Counted from the stretch's first letter, positions 46,887 to 59,163 are shown. The stretch: DNA of 64,000 bases from an uncultured Gemmatimonadaceae bacterium (GCA_963761305.1 CAVXGK010000002.1:3008001-3072000); one strand, 5' to 3'. Program-made: numbers and translations. Notes: generated by a model not told the origin, from the sequence alone.

Positions 46887-48068
46887 CTAGTGTCGCACGA
46901 TGTACATCGCGATCGAATGCGGTGCGAGCGAGGCCCCGACTTCCCCGTCGGTCGTGCGCTCCGTATGCGCCCACAGATCGCGCGCGACATGTCGTCCGCC
47001 CGACAGGCCGATCTCCCTCATCGTCGCGGAAATCGTCGCCGGCGCATCACCACGATTCAACAACGCGACGGCCCGGTCGCCATTCGACATCGGCTTGATC
47101 CACACCTGCGTCACGCTGTCGCCCGTGAGCTTGTAGCCCTGCGACCCGCCCCAATCCTGATCGACGGCGATGACCTCGGGATTCGTGAGGATCGCGCGCG
47201 TCGAGTCGTTCATCGACCGAAGATCGTTCCCGGCGATGAGCGGCGCGTTGAGCAGCGCCCACAGACTGAAGTGCGCGATGTACTCGGTGTTCGTCATCTT
47301 GCCGTTGCCGACCTCGAGCATGTCTGGATCGTTCCACGCGTTCGGCCCGGAGCGCTTCTCGAGCCCGATCTGTTTGTCGAGGATCGAGAGCATCGACTTC
47401 CACGAGTCGCGGATGTCGCCGGTCGTGCGCCACAGTTGGCCGCCCACGAAGCGTCCCCACTCCCACGGCTTGTTTTCACCCCACTCGCAAATGCTGAACA
47501 CGATCGGCCGGCCCGTCGCGGCGAGCGCGTCCCCCATCGCCTGGTAGCGCTCGATGGCCGGGCGCAGTTGGTTGTTGCAGTTGTCGTATTTGAGATAGTC
47601 GATGCCCCACGCGGCGAACGTCGTCGCGTCGGCCACCTCGTGGTCGATACTCGCCGGTCGCTTTTGGCATGTCATAGTCCCGGCCGACGAGTAGATGCCG
47701 ATCTTGAGGCCCTTGGAGTGGACGTAGTCGGCCAACCACTTCATTCCGTGCGGAAACCGCGTCGAATCGGTCGTCAGGTTGCCCTGCGCATCTCGCGCCG
47801 ACGCTTCCCAACAGTCGTCGATGTTGACGTACTTGTAGCCGGCGTCGCGCATGCCCGACGACACCATCGCGTCGGCTGTCTCGCGAATGAGATTCTCGTC
47901 GATGTGGCAACCGAACTTGTTCCAACTGTTCCAGCCCATCGGCGGCGTCGGGGCGAGCCCCGAACGCGCGGGGCGCGCGGCGGTGGTCGCGGTCGATGCA
48001 GCGCCATGGCGTGCCACCGCCGTCGCCAATACCGTGAGAAAGAGCCCCCAGCCCCACGTCGCTCGCAT
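46887..48068 (-). CDS. GH27 alpha-galactosidase / beta-L-arabinopyranosidase
   Basis: ATG at 48068; [46 protein letters not shown]. Confidence 0.95.
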   Translation of the reverse strand: MRATWGWGLFLTVLATAVARHGAASTATTAARPARSGLAPTPPMGWNSWNKFGCHIDENLIRETADAMVSSGMRDAGYKYVNIDDCWEASARDAQGNLTTDSTRFPHGMKWLADYVHSKGLKIGIYSSAGTMTCQKRPASIDHEVADATTFAAWGIDYLKYDNCNNQLRPAIERYQAMGDALAATGRPIVFSICEWGENKPWEWGRFVGGQLWRTTGDIRDSWKSMLSILDKQIGLEKRSGPNAWNDPDMLEVGNGKMTNTEYIAHFSLWALLNAPLIAGNDLRSMNDSTRAILTNPEVIAVDQDWGGSQGYKLTGDSVTQVWIKPMSNGDRAVALLNRGDAPATISATMREIGLSGGRHVARDLWAHTERTTDGEVGASLAPHSIAMYIVRH

Positions 48069-48230
48069 GCCCGTTCCTCGTTCGATGACGTTCCGCGTCC
48101 CGCCACCCGCCGGTGAAACTAACGTGTGGCCGTCGACGACCGAGGCGGAAGGGGCGGCTGCCAGCGCAACTGGCGAAGTCGCGCTGCGCGACGGAAGTTC
48201 TAGGCCGTGTACTTCCCGACGGAGATTGGC

Positions 48231-50711
48231 ATGCGCACGACCATCGCCCGCCTTTGCACAGCCGCGATCCCGGTGCTGCTCGCAACCGAGACGCTCCACG
48301 CTCAGGGCACGGCCGCCGACTACGCCCGCGCCGACCAACTCAACGCGCGCTACGAGGGACTTGCCGTCAACATCCCCGATCGCCCGACGTGGATCGGTCG
48401 CACGTCGCGGCTCTGGTATCGTCGCACGGTAAAGGGCGGCGGCTTCGAGTTCATGGTCGTCGACGTCGCGACGAAAACCAAGAATCCCGCCTTCGACCAC
48501 GCCAAGCTCGCCGAGGCGATCATACGAGCGGGACTCACCGAGACGCCGTCGCTCGGCCGCGGCGGCACCAGTGCGCCGGCCATGACACGCGTGTCGGCGA
48601 CGAATCTGCCGTTCGCCGACTTCACGTTCGCCGACGACGAGCACGCGATCGACTTCGTGGCCACGGGTTACAACTGGAAGTGCACTCTCACCGACTACAC
48701 GTGCCAGCGCGTTGGACCGGTGGGCGTCGGCGGCCGCGGTGGCCGCGGCGGCCGGGGAGCGGGCCCGATTGCCGACGACGAGCAGAGCGACATGGTGCCG
48801 TTCGAGGGACCGTGGGACGACATCGAAGCGCTCGGCGACGAGGTAATCGCCCAGCGTCTCGCGCAGCAGCAAGGGCCGCCGCGTCCGCCCGCCGACAGCG
48901 CCGTGCGCCGCTCGCCCGACGGCCAGCACGAGGCGTTCATCGAGAACTTCAATGTCTACGTGCGTGCGGCTGGCGCACGTACCGGCGCCGCGCTCACGTA
49001 CGATGGCTCGGAAGGCGGCGCGTACACATTGCAATCGCTGCAGTGGTCGCCCAACTCGGCAAAGATCGCCGTGTATCGCGTGACGCCGGGCTATCGCCGA
49101 CTTGTGCGTTACGTCGAGTCGTCGCCGACCGATCAGTTGCAGCCGAAATACATGGAACGCGTCTACGCGAAGCCCGGCGACGTGCTCGACGAACGCGATC
49201 CGGTGCTGATCGACGTGGCGGCGAAACACGCAGTGCACGTCGACCCCGCGCTTTTCCCGAATCCGTACCAACTCCAGCAGCTCACGTGGCGCAAGGACAG
49301 CCGCGCGTTCACGTTCGAGTACAACGCGCGCGGCCATCAGGTCTATCGCGTCGTCGAGGTGGACGCGAACACGGGTGCCGCGCATTCAGCCGTTTCCGAG
49401 GAGTCGAAGGCGTTCGTCGATTACCGCCGGGCGACAGACGGGATCAGCGATTCCGGCCGAGAGTTCCGTTACGATGTCGGCGACGGCAAAGAGATGGTCT
49501 GGATGTCGGAGCGCGACGGCTGGAGTCATCTCTATCTGATCGACGGCGCGACCGGGCGTGTCGAAATCCAGATCACCAAGGGCAGTTGGGCCGTGCACAA
49601 CGTGCAGCGCGTCGACGAGGCGAAGCGGCAGATCTGGTTCACCGCGAACGGCATGGACCCGAAGGAAGACCCGTACTTCCTGCACTACTACCGAATCAAC
49701 TTCGACGGCACCGGCCTCACGCCGATGACGCCCGAGAATGGCATGCACACGATCTCGTGGTCGGGCGATAGCACGTATTACGCGGATGTCTGGTCGCGAG
49801 TCGACGCCGCGCCGACGCTCGACATCCACAGCGCGTCCGACGATCACGTCGCGATGGACGTCGACGATGGCGACATCACGGCGCTCTCCGCCGCAGGATG
49901 GAAGGCCCCCGAAGTCTTCGTCGCCAAGGCGCGCGACGGCGTCACCGACATCTGGGGCGTGATCTTCAAGCCGACGAACTTCGATCCGAAGAAGAAGTAT
50001 CCGGTGATCGAGAACATCTATGCCGGCCCGCAGGGCTCGTTCGTGCCGAAGACGTTTGGCATCACGAACGACATGCGCACGCTCGCCGAGTTCGGGTTCA
50101 TCGTCGTGCAGATGGACGGCATGGGGACGGCGAATCGTTCGAAGGCCTTCCACGACGTCGCGTGGCAGAATCTCGGCGACGCCGGATTCCCCGATCGCAT
50201 CCTCTGGCACAAGGCGGTGGCGGCGAAGTATCCGTGGTACGACATCACGCGCGTCGGCATCTACGGCACGTCGGCCGGCGGGCAGAACTCGCTCGGCGGA
50301 ATGCTGTTTCATCCGGAGTTCTACAAGGCGGCGGTGTCGGCGGCGGGCTGCCACGACAATCGCATGGACAAGATCTGGTGGAACGAGCAGTGGATGGGCT
50401 GGCCGCTCGGGCCGCAATACGGGGCATCGTCGAACGTGGACAACGCGCCCAAGCTGCAAGGCGACTTGATGCTCATCGTCGGTGAGCTCGACACGAACGT
50501 CGATCCGTCGTCGACGCTGCAGGTCGTCAACGCGCTGATCAAGGCCAACAAGACGTTCGATCTGCTCGTCATTCCGGGCGCCGATCACACGAACGGCGGC
50601 CCGTACGGTATTCGCAAGCGCAACGACTTCTTCGTCCATCACCTGCTCGGCGTCGAACCGCCGCAGCGGAACGCGTTGCAGGCGCTGCAGGCCGGACGCG
50701 CGAGTCAGTAA
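48231..50711 (+). CDS. S9B dipeptidyl-peptidase IV-like secreted peptidase
   Basis: Signal peptide; [22 protein letters not shown] nucleophile, DTNVDP, PGADH. Confidence 0.92.
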   Translation: MRTTIARLCTAAIPVLLATETLHAQGTAADYARADQLNARYEGLAVNIPDRPTWIGRTSRLWYRRTVKGGGFEFMVVDVATKTKNPAFDHAKLAEAIIRAGLTETPSLGRGGTSAPAMTRVSATNLPFADFTFADDEHAIDFVATGYNWKCTLTDYTCQRVGPVGVGGRGGRGGRGAGPIADDEQSDMVPFEGPWDDIEALGDEVIAQRLAQQQGPPRPPADSAVRRSPDGQHEAFIENFNVYVRAAGARTGAALTYDGSEGGAYTLQSLQWSPNSAKIAVYRVTPGYRRLVRYVESSPTDQLQPKYMERVYAKPGDVLDERDPVLIDVAAKHAVHVDPALFPNPYQLQQLTWRKDSRAFTFEYNARGHQVYRVVEVDANTGAAHSAVSEESKAFVDYRRATDGISDSGREFRYDVGDGKEMVWMSERDGWSHLYLIDGATGRVEIQITKGSWAVHNVQRVDEAKRQIWFTANGMDPKEDPYFLHYYRINFDGTGLTPMTPENGMHTISWSGDSTYYADVWSRVDAAPTLDIHSASDDHVAMDVDDGDITALSAAGWKAPEVFVAKARDGVTDIWGVIFKPTNFDPKKKYPVIENIYAGPQGSFVPKTFGITNDMRTLAEFGFIVVQMDGMGTANRSKAFHDVAWQNLGDAGFPDRILWHKAVAAKYPWYDITRVGIYGTSAGGQNSLGGMLFHPEFYKAAVSAAGCHDNRMDKIWWNEQWMGWPLGPQYGASSNVDNAPKLQGDLMLIVGELDTNVDPSSTLQVVNALIKANKTFDLLVIPGADHTNGGPYGIRKRNDFFVHHLLGVEPPQRNALQALQAGRASQ

Positions 50712-50731
50712 CCCTCTACGATTCCAGGTCT

Positions 50732-51979
50732 ATGATGAACAGACGGTCTTTCGTTTCGCGTTCGGCGACGACACTTGGCGCGATCGCGGCGGCGCGCACC
50801 GGCCGCTTCGACCTCCCGTCGCTCGCGGGCATCGCGCTGCAGGCAAAGCCGGCGCCCATCAGCGACGATGAGCGACGCGCGCGCATCGAGAAGGCGCGTC
50901 GCTTGATGGCGGAGAACGGCATCGACGCGATGTTCCTCGAGGGCGGGTCGAGCATGGTGTATTTCACCGGCGTGCACTGGGGGAACAGCGAGCGCACGTT
51001 CGGCGTCGTGATTCCGGCCAAGGGCGAGCTCGCGTGGGTGACGCCTGCGTTCGAGGAGGAGCGCGCCCGCGAGCTGATCAAGTTCTCGACCGACGTCCGC
51101 ACCTGGCAGGAAGACGAGAGTCCGTTCCAGGTGATCGCCGGCATTCTCAAGGACCGCGGCGTGACGAATGGGAAGGTCGGCATGGAGGAGCGCGTGCGCT
51201 TTTTCATCGCCGACGGCGTGCGTCAGCGCTTGTCCAGCGCGCAATACGTGACCGCCACGCCGGTGACGGCCGGCTGCCGCATGATCAAGTCGCCAGCCGA
51301 GATCGCGCTCATGCAGCACGCCAACGACATCACGCTCCAGGCGATCGGCGCGACGTTGAAGGCGCTCAAGCCTGGAATGACGCAGCACGACGTGGCGGCG
51401 AACGTCGCGTCGGTCACGCAGCGGCTCGGCGGCAACAGCGACGGCGCGCTCGTGATCTTCGGCAAGTACACGGCGTTCCCGCACGGCAGCATCCAACCGC
51501 AGACGTTGCGCGAGGGCGACGTCGTGCTCGTGGACGCCGGATGCACGGTGGACGGCTACACGTCGGACATCACGCGCACGACGGTGTTCGGCAAGGCGAC
51601 GCAGCGGCAGCGCGACGTGTGGGAGATCGAGAAGCGCGCCCAGAACGAGGCGTTCAAGGCGGCGCAAGTCGGCGCGCCGTGCGAGTCAGTCGACGCGGCC
51701 GCGCGAAAGGTGATTGCCGATGCCGGATTTGGTCCGGGGTACAAGGTGCCCGGCCTGCCGCATCGCACCGGGCACGGCATCGGCCTCGACGGGCACGAGT
51801 GGACGAACTTCGTGAAGGGGAACACCACGAAGATTCAACCCGGCATGTGCTTCAGCGACGAGCCGACGATCGCGATCTATGGCGAATTCGGCATTCGGCT
51901 CGAAGACTGCCTGCACATCACCGACAGCGGTCCGCAGATGTTCACGCCGCGGAGCCCGTCGATCGAACGGCCCGTCTAG
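50732..51979 (+). CDS. Tat-exported M24 Xaa-Pro aminopeptidase/dipeptidase
   Basis: NRRSFV Tat motif; VDAGC...YTSDITRT, HRTGHGIGLDGHE, FSDEP, GIRLED. Confidence 0.95.
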   Translation: MMNRRSFVSRSATTLGAIAAARTGRFDLPSLAGIALQAKPAPISDDERRARIEKARRLMAENGIDAMFLEGGSSMVYFTGVHWGNSERTFGVVIPAKGELAWVTPAFEEERARELIKFSTDVRTWQEDESPFQVIAGILKDRGVTNGKVGMEERVRFFIADGVRQRLSSAQYVTATPVTAGCRMIKSPAEIALMQHANDITLQAIGATLKALKPGMTQHDVAANVASVTQRLGGNSDGALVIFGKYTAFPHGSIQPQTLREGDVVLVDAGCTVDGYTSDITRTTVFGKATQRQRDVWEIEKRAQNEAFKAAQVGAPCESVDAAARKVIADAGFGPGYKVPGLPHRTGHGIGLDGHEWTNFVKGNTTKIQPGMCFSDEPTIAIYGEFGIRLEDCLHITDSGPQMFTPRSPSIERPV

Positions 51980-52693
51980 ACGCCACGAATCGCTGGACGA
52001 CGTTTGGACGGATGACTGGGGCGGCGTCAGCCCACCCGAAAACGGATGCGTCAGCCAGAAGTACGTCGTGTCGATGTGTCGCACGTACGCCAGCGTTTCG
52101 GTGTACTTCCAACTGTGAATGGTTGGAGCAACGCGCTCGATGCTCGCCCATGACGAGTCGCCGTACTTCGCGCTGGCCGCGGTGAACGCCTTGTAGATGT
52201 TTCCGGCACCGGCGTTGTAGCTGCCGAACATGAAGTGGTATCGGTTCGAATCCGGCACGAAGTGCCACCAGCTCCACAGCTTGCTGTTGTAGAAGATGCC
52301 ACCGGCGATGTTCCACTCGGGCTGATCGATCGGGCCGATTTCCGGGTGTTCCGAGTGGATTTCGCGGTAGGTCGTCGGCATCAGCTGCATCAGTCCGCGC
52401 GCGCCGACCCAGCTCACCGAGTTGGGATTGAGCGCGCTTTCTGCGTACGCCTGTGCCTTGAACCAGCGCCAGTCGAACGCCGGGCCAAAAAAACGTTTGG
52501 TGTATTTCTGGAAGCTGTCGTCGTAGCGGCTGGTCAGGCGCCCGTACTCTCGCGCCGCCGCCACCTCGGCGAACGTGGGGACGCGGCGCGCCGGCTGCGC
52601 CGGCGTAGCGACCGGCGCCACTTTGACCTGCGTGCCGCAAGTCGTCGTTGTCACGACGAGGGCCGCGATGGCTAACGCACGGCCCGTTCGCAT
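51976..52693 (-). CDS. Lytic transglycosylase (SLT domain) protein; 3' end uncertain
   Basis: AQAYAESALNP..VSWVGARGLMQLMP, SYNAGAG, ETLAYV. As sequenced the ORF reads through to 51686 into the convergent M24 gene. Confidence 0.8.
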
Positions 52694-52711
52694 CGCCGTA
52701 GGGAGCGTCGA

Positions 52712-52915
52712 CTACCCGATCGCGTGACCGACGATCATCGCGATGGAGAGCCATAGCCCGGCGATGAAGATCGCCGCCGCGACGTTTCCTTTCTTCAGCT
52801 CCGTCGGGAGATCGACTTCGTGCAAGAGCTTGTCGATGATGCGAAAGCTCACATACATCAGCACCACGCCGCATACGGCGTAGAGCAGGTTCAGCGCAAA
52901 GATCCAGCCCTGCAC
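52712..52915 (-). CDS. DUF350-like small membrane protein
   Basis: 67 aa with two TM helices and ELKKGNVAAAIF motif. Confidence 0.8.
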   Translation of the reverse strand: MQGWIFALNLLYAVCGVVLMYVSFRIIDKLLHEVDLPTELKKGNVAAAIFIAGLWLSIAMIVGHAIG

Positions 52916-53061
52916 GGATCGCCTCGTCGAGTGTCGTTGTGCCCGTTCGGCGCCACACTCAGACGAGGGGCTGCCCAGAGCGATGTCATTCGCTTGGGCA
53001 AGCCCCGGGCCGCATCAGGAGCGCGTCGTCGAGGCGACGCTCATCGGACCCGCCGCCGGCC

Positions 53062-56000
53062 TCAGGCCGGCGGCTTCACGCGCGCGCCCCACGTCGGCGG
53101 CGGCGGTTCCTTCGTGGCGCGTTGCACCGGATGATCCTTGAGCTGCTGCAGCGCGACGGCGACCGCCCGCTCGAGCTGCGGATCGTGTCCGGCGATCACT
53201 TCCTTGGGCGTGTTCTCGATCGGCGATGTCGGGCGGCGTCCCTTCGTTCTCGACCGCCCACTTCTCGTCGCGGGCGAAGAAGCCGCCGCGCGGCGCGATC
53301 GCCGAACCGCCGTCGATGAACGGCGGCGTGTCGGCCGTGTGGACGAGACCGCCCCACGTCCGTTCACCGACCAGCGTGCCAATCTTGCGATAGTGGAACA
53401 TGTACGGCATCAGGTCGCCGCCCGAGCCGGCCATTTCGTTGATCACCATCACCTTCGGTCCCCAGATCCCGGCCGCGGGACTCGTGAACGGCATGCGGTC
53501 GCCGGCGACGTTGTTGAAGTAGCCGTCGAAGTCGCGCTGGAGCACGTCGATGATGTAGTCCGCCGCCTGGCCGCCGCTGTTGTACCGCTCGTCGATGATC
53601 GCGCCCTTGCGATCCTGTTGCGAGAAGTAGTAGCGGTTGAAGTACTGATAGCCCGGCCCGCGCGGTGCTCGGCAGATACACGTACGCCAACTGGCCGTGC
53701 GACAGCGAGTCGACGAGACGACGGCTGTCTTCGACCCACGCGCGTGAGCGCAGCGTCTGCTCGTTGGCGATCGGCACGACCGTCACGTGCCGCGCGCCGT
53801 CGACCGTCGGCGTGGCGTTGACGACGAGCGCCGTCTGTCGATTCGCCGTACCGTCGAGCAGCCGGTAGATGTTGTCGGGCGCCTTCAGATCCTGCCCGTT
53901 GATCGACAGGACGTAGTCGCCGACGCGCACGTCGACGCCCGGCGCGGCGAGCGGCGCCCGCAGATCCGGATTCCACTCCTCGTCGTCGTAGATGCGCGTG
54001 ATCTTGTAGCGGCCGTTCTCAATCGCGAAGTCCGCGCCGAGCAGTCCGGCCGGCGCGCCGTTCTGCACCTCCGGCATGTCGCCGCCGCGCACGAACGAGT
54101 GGCCGATCGCGATCTCGGCGCCCATCTGGTCGATCAGATAATTCAAATCGGCGCGGTGGTTCACGTACGGCAGGAGCGCGCCGTACATCTCTTTCATCTT
54201 CGGCCAGTCGGCGCCGTGCTCGTTGGTGACGTAGAGGTAGTCGCGCTGGTTTCGCCACGCCTCGTCGAAGATCTGTTTGAACTCGAGCTTGGGATCGATG
54301 TAGGCGCGCAAATCGTCGGTCACGCGACCCTGCCCGGCCTGCGGCGGCGCACGATCCGCGTCGACGACGAAGATCTGTGGGCCGTTGCCTCCTGCCGCTC
54401 CGCCACGTCCACCGCGACCGCCCCCGCCGCCGCCCGCGCGATACACGAGCTTGTGGCCGTCGAGGCTCACGTCATAGCCCGCGACGCCGGTCGCGAATGG
54501 GACGTCGCGCCGGTCGCGCAGTGTGTAGCGATGAAGCGTCGCGCCGCCGCCCGCGCCCGCCGCACCGCGACCACCACCGCCGCCGGCTTCGACGTAGAAC
54601 ACGGTGCCCGCCGCGCCCGCGTGCAGGTTGCTGTACTGCCGCTCCGGAATTCCCGGGACGGCGAGGATACGATGCGAGAGCCCGTCGAAATCGATCGTCA
54701 CGGTCGGCATCGCGGCACGCGGCGCGCGTGGCGCCGCCTGCTCGCCACCTGCGGCGCTGTCGGCACCGGCCGCGCCTCCACCGCCACCCCGACCACCGCG
54801 GCCGCCGCCGCCACCACCAAAGGCCGGCGCGGCGGGCGTTCCATTCTCCTCATCGCTTTCCGGGAGGAACGGCGACGGATCGCTCTTGCGCAGAATCGCG
54901 GCGTAGAGACCGAACGTTTCCGTGTGGTCGGCGTTCGACATGTCGAGCCACTGCGAGCGCAGACCGAAATCGGTCGACGCGATGAACCAGAGATACTTGC
55001 CGCTCGCGTCCCACGCCGGCGACTCCACGTCGGCGAGTCCATCGGTTACCTGCTTCGACGCGCCCGTCTCGACGTTCACCACTTCGATCGCCTTGTACAG
55101 AGTATTCAGATGCTTGGCATAGGCGATCCACTTTCCGTCCGGCGACCACACCGGATCCATCGTGCGCGTCGGCACCATCCACGGATCGTTGCCGACGATC
55201 TTCGCCGTGCCCGCCGCCACGTCCACCACCCACAGATGCAGGTTCGTGTCGTGGAACAGGATATGTTTTCCGTCGGGCGACCACGACGCGGTATAGAAGT
55301 GGCCCGTCGTGGGAATCTTGATCTCGCGCGGCGTCGTCAGGCCGTCCTGGTCGACGATGTACAGCTCGTACTCGCCCGACTTGTCGCTGAAGTAGGAGAG
55401 CTGCTTGCCGTCCGGCGACCAGGCCGGCTCACGCTCGGCCGAGCCGCTCGAGTTCGTGATGTCGCGAACGTCGCCCTTCTCGGCGGGAATGGTGAAGATC
55501 TCGCCGCGCGCTTCGACGGCGATCCGCTTGCCCGTCGGCGAGAGCGCCATGTTCGTCATGTTGGCGGTGACGTCCTTCCACTGCGCCATCATCCACGGAA
55601 AGTCACCCGTCGCTGTGATGTTGACGACGTGCTCCTGGCCGCTCTTCGGGTCGAGCAGGTGAATGTTGCCTGCCTGCTCGAAGACGACGGCGCTGCCGTC
55701 GCTGGCCGCATCGAGCGTCTTCACGTCGTAGTCCGTGAAGTGCGTCACCTGCGTGAGCTTCTTCGAGGCGCGATCGAAGCTCCATACGTTGGAGACGCCG
55801 TCACGATCGGAGGCGAAGTCCACCACGCTGTTGTTGACCCACACCGGATCCATGTTCTTCGACTCCGGAACCGATGGCGCCGAGAAGTGCGCCGATCCAC
55901 GAGGCGATCCCGCCTGGGCGACGACGAGATCGGTCGTCACGTTCGGTGTCGAATCGAGATCGAACGTCTTGAGGTCGACGATCCAGATCGGGCGATTCTG

Positions 56001-56570
56001 ACCGCCGCGGTAGTTGCGGCGCTCTTCGTCCCACGAGTTGTTCATGCGGTAAGCGAGAAACCTTCCGTCGGGCGAGATCTTCCCCTGATACGCGCGCGGA
56101 AGCGGCATCGGGGTTTCGACTCCGCCTTCGACCGGAATCGTCCAGAATCGCGGCACCGCGCTGGGCGCTTGGCTCGCGCGCGACGACGCGAAGACGATCG
56201 ACTTGCCGTCGGGCGTCCAACCCTGCACTTCGTCGGCGCCGGGATGCCAGGTGAGTCGCTTCGGCTCACCGCCTTCGGCGGCCACGACGTAGACGTCGAC
56301 GTTGCCACCGTATTGGGCGCTGAAGGCAATCAACTTGCCGTCGGGCGAGAACTTCGGGTTCTCGGTCGTGCCTTGGAAGCTCGTGATGCGGCGAGCCATG
56401 CCGCCGCTCTTGTCGACTACCCAGATGTTGTTCGCGTAGGCGAACGCGATCTGAGTCTTGCTCACGGTCGGCGTGCGGAGCATGCGCGTCTGCGCGTGGG
56501 CGATGTCGGCCGAGGCGAAGACGGCAGATGCCGCCAGCGAGGCCACAAAAACCGGGGAGTTGCGACGCAT
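53062..56570 (-). pseudogene. Tricorn protease homolog (S41, PD40 and PDZ domains) with two apparent +1 frameshifts; possibly sequencing error
   Basis: ATG 56570. Frame 1 runs to LAYVYLPST (~53665); frame 2 gives GYQYFNRYYF...DERYNSGG...AGSGGDLMP...ENEGTPPDI (~53225); frame 3 gives IENTPKEVIAGHDPQLERAV...* at 53062. Confidence 0.85.
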
Positions 56571-56707
56571 AGGTCTGGGGAAAGGGACACGTAAGCATCG
56601 CCTGCGTACCTCGGCGCGTCCAGAGTAAGAAAGCCAACGGGTGGAACGCATTTGCGCCCCACCCGGTGACCCCCGTCCCTCTGGCAACGAATCAGGCTGC
56701 GGCCGGC

Positions 56708-57667
56708 TTAGTTCGCGGCCGAAACGTCGAACGAAATCACATTAAGGGTGCCGAGCGTCTGTTTGAGGTTCGTCACCCGCAGTTTCCAGGTTCCGTTCGC
56801 GTTGATCTGGTAGCTGACGCCGCAGATGAACGGCTGGGTGACGTTGCTGAACGACTTGGATGCGACGACCGCGCCCGACGGATTGATGAGCTCGACCTTG
56901 AATTGCGGCGGATTCGTCGCCCCGCCACCGAGCAGATCTGTTACCGGGGACACGCCGACGAGAACCGGGAACGTGCTGGCTTGAAAGTTCGAAATGATGA
57001 ATGAAATCGTCTTGTCGGATTTGACCGGAATCACGAGCGGCGCCGACGACGACGGCTTCGAACTGGCGGTGTTCTCGGCCTGAGTTGGAACCGACAGCGC
57101 CGCGAGCGTGCCGAAGCTCCGGCAGAATCCCTTCAGGCTGTCGATGGCGTCGCCGAGCTTGGCCTCCACTTTGTAGAGCGCCTGGGCGTCTGGACACTGG
57201 AGGAATTGGCGCGATCCACCGTCGCCTCCCGCGTTGATGTTCACCCAGCTTTCGGCTTGCGTCGCGTCGAGGCAGTCGCCGGTGTTCAGCCGGTCGATGA
57301 ACGTCCCCGCGTACAGTTCCACGCTCGTCACGACCCGCGAGCTCGGGCAGTTCTCGGAGCCATTGCTGACGTTGACCTGTGCCGCCTGTCCGGCGACCGC
57401 CTCGGCCGTCTGGAAGGTTGAGTTTCCCGGTGTCGTGCCGTTGAAGGTGCGGCACGTGAACTTCACGCGGCGCAGGAGGTTGAACCCGAACGGGTTGTCC
57501 CGCCCTCCGGTCGCTGTGATCCCGACGATGTAGGCGTTGGATCCGCAGTCCATCTCCACGGTGCGGTTCCCTCCTGAGCCGCCGACTCGCGCGGTCTCGC
57601 TCATCGTCGCGGTGACGGCGCCGAACAGGACGGCGCCGGCTGCGATGATTCTGGTAGCGGTTTCCAT
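56708..57667 (-). CDS. Secreted Cys-containing protein with a beta-prism (jacalin-like) N-domain and a C-terminal beta-sandwich
   Basis: Signal peptide; three repeats of pattern GGxGG...C...(I/L)(D/R)x(L/V)...C; C-terminal FKVELINPSG...NGTWKLRVTN. Confidence 0.65.
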   Translation of the reverse strand: METATRIIAAGAVLFGAVTATMSETARVGGSGGNRTVEMDCGSNAYIVGITATGGRDNPFGFNLLRRVKFTCRTFNGTTPGNSTFQTAEAVAGQAAQVNVSNGSENCPSSRVVTSVELYAGTFIDRLNTGDCLDATQAESWVNINAGGDGGSRQFLQCPDAQALYKVEAKLGDAIDSLKGFCRSFGTLAALSVPTQAENTASSKPSSSAPLVIPVKSDKTISFIISNFQASTFPVLVGVSPVTDLLGGGATNPPQFKVELINPSGAVVASKSFSNVTQPFICGVSYQINANGTWKLRVTNLKQTLGTLNVISFDVSAAN

Positions 57668-57763
57668 GGTGATCTCGCGTTGAGGAGTGTTTCCGCGAGT
57701 AGGAACGCGGCCAGCGAGGCGGGATTCTCACGCGAGCCCGTCCTTTTCAGTACTTTTGGCACC

Positions 57764-58615
57764 ATGGCGCACATCGAGAACGTCTCCGACACCGCCCGCT
57801 GGGTGGCGGTCTACCGCGCCATGGAAACGGCTCGGCCGGACGCGATCTTTCGGGATCCGTACGCGGGGCGCCTGGCCGGCGAGAAGGGCGAGGCGATCGT
57901 CGACGCGATGAAGCGCGGCCGGCAGATGGCGTGGGCGATGATCGTCCGTACGGCCGTGTTCGACGAGATCATCCAAGCCCAGATCCGCGCCGGCGTCGAT
58001 CAGGTCGTGAATCTGGCCGCGGGACTCGACGCGCGGCCATGGCGGATGAAGCTCCCAGCCGACCTTCGCTGGACCGACGTCGACCTACCGGGAATTCTCG
58101 ACTACAAGCTCGAGACGATGCGCGGCGAGACACCGGTCTGCCACTACGACGCCGTGCGCGCGGACCTGCGCGAACCGGCGGTTCGCGCCGAATTGTTCAG
58201 CAGGCTCGGCGGGCAGTCGCGGCGCACGCTGGTCGTGACGGAAGGTCTGCTCATCTATCTCACCTCCGAGCAGGTCGGCGCGCTCGCCGCCGATCTGCAC
58301 CGCCCGGCAAGCTTTCACTCGTGGCTGATCGACCTCGCGCGCCCGGAGCTGCTCGCCATGATGCAGCGGTTCTGGGGCAAGTCGATGGGCAACGTGAACG
58401 CGCCGTTCCAATTCGCCCCGCCGGAGAACACGAAGTTCTTCGAGCCGTTCGGCTGGCGCGAAGTCGAATTCCGGTCGTCGATGGACGAAGCGCAGCGGCT
58501 TCACCGCGAGATGTCCATGATGTGGCTGTGGCGGCTGCTCGGCCGGCTTCGCTCGGCCAAGGTTCGTGAGAACTTCAAGCGGTTTTCTGGAATCGTGTTG
58601 TTCGATCGGAGCTAG
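57764..58615 (+). CDS. SAM-dependent methyltransferase (LCM/TIGR00027-like)
   Basis: VSDTARWVA.YRA.E, FRDPYA, VNLAAGLDARPWR, TEGLLIYL. Confidence 0.92.
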   Translation: MAHIENVSDTARWVAVYRAMETARPDAIFRDPYAGRLAGEKGEAIVDAMKRGRQMAWAMIVRTAVFDEIIQAQIRAGVDQVVNLAAGLDARPWRMKLPADLRWTDVDLPGILDYKLETMRGETPVCHYDAVRADLREPAVRAELFSRLGGQSRRTLVVTEGLLIYLTSEQVGALAADLHRPASFHSWLIDLARPELLAMMQRFWGKSMGNVNAPFQFAPPENTKFFEPFGWREVEFRSSMDEAQRLHREMSMMWLWRLLGRLRSAKVRENFKRFSGIVLFDRS

Positions 58616-58646
58616 ACTCTCTCACATTCTGCCAGGAGGCAGGCGC

Positions 58647-59163
58647 ATGCAGCCGACGATGATTGTGTTGCGTCTTTTTCATATTTTTTCGGGGGTGCTC
58701 TGGGTCGGGCGGCGTCGCGATGACGACGTGGTTCGTCGTTCCGTCGGTACAGGGCGCCGGGCCCGCCGGCGGCGGCGTCATGAAGTTCCTGCTCGTGAAC
58801 ACGAAGTTCGGCCCGTATTTCCCGTCGCTCGCCGGACTCACCATGCTTTCGGGAATCCTCATGTATTGGCGAGACGCGGCCGGCTCGAACGGCGCCTTCT
58901 ACTCCTCGCACATGGGCATCACGCTTGGCATCGGTGGGCTCGCCGGCCTGGTCGGCATGATCTACGGCGGTGCGGTGGTCGGCCGCGCCGCCTCGGGCAT
59001 GGCGACGCTGATGCGCGCGATGGACGCGCAAGGCGCTCCGCCTTCGCCGGACCAGATGGCCAAGCTCATGGCCTTGCGCGAGAAGGTGACCTCGGGCGCG
59101 AGAGTCGTGCTGCCGGTGCTCCTCATCGCCGTCGTTGCGATGTCCGTCGCGCGCTACGTCTGA
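58647..59163 (+). CDS. Four-helix membrane protein with an apparent +1 frameshift near 58707
   Basis: AGGAGG RBS, then ATG 58647 MQPTMIVLRLFHIFSGVLWVG, continuing in another frame as GVAMTTWFVVP...AMSVARYV*. Confidence 0.75.
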
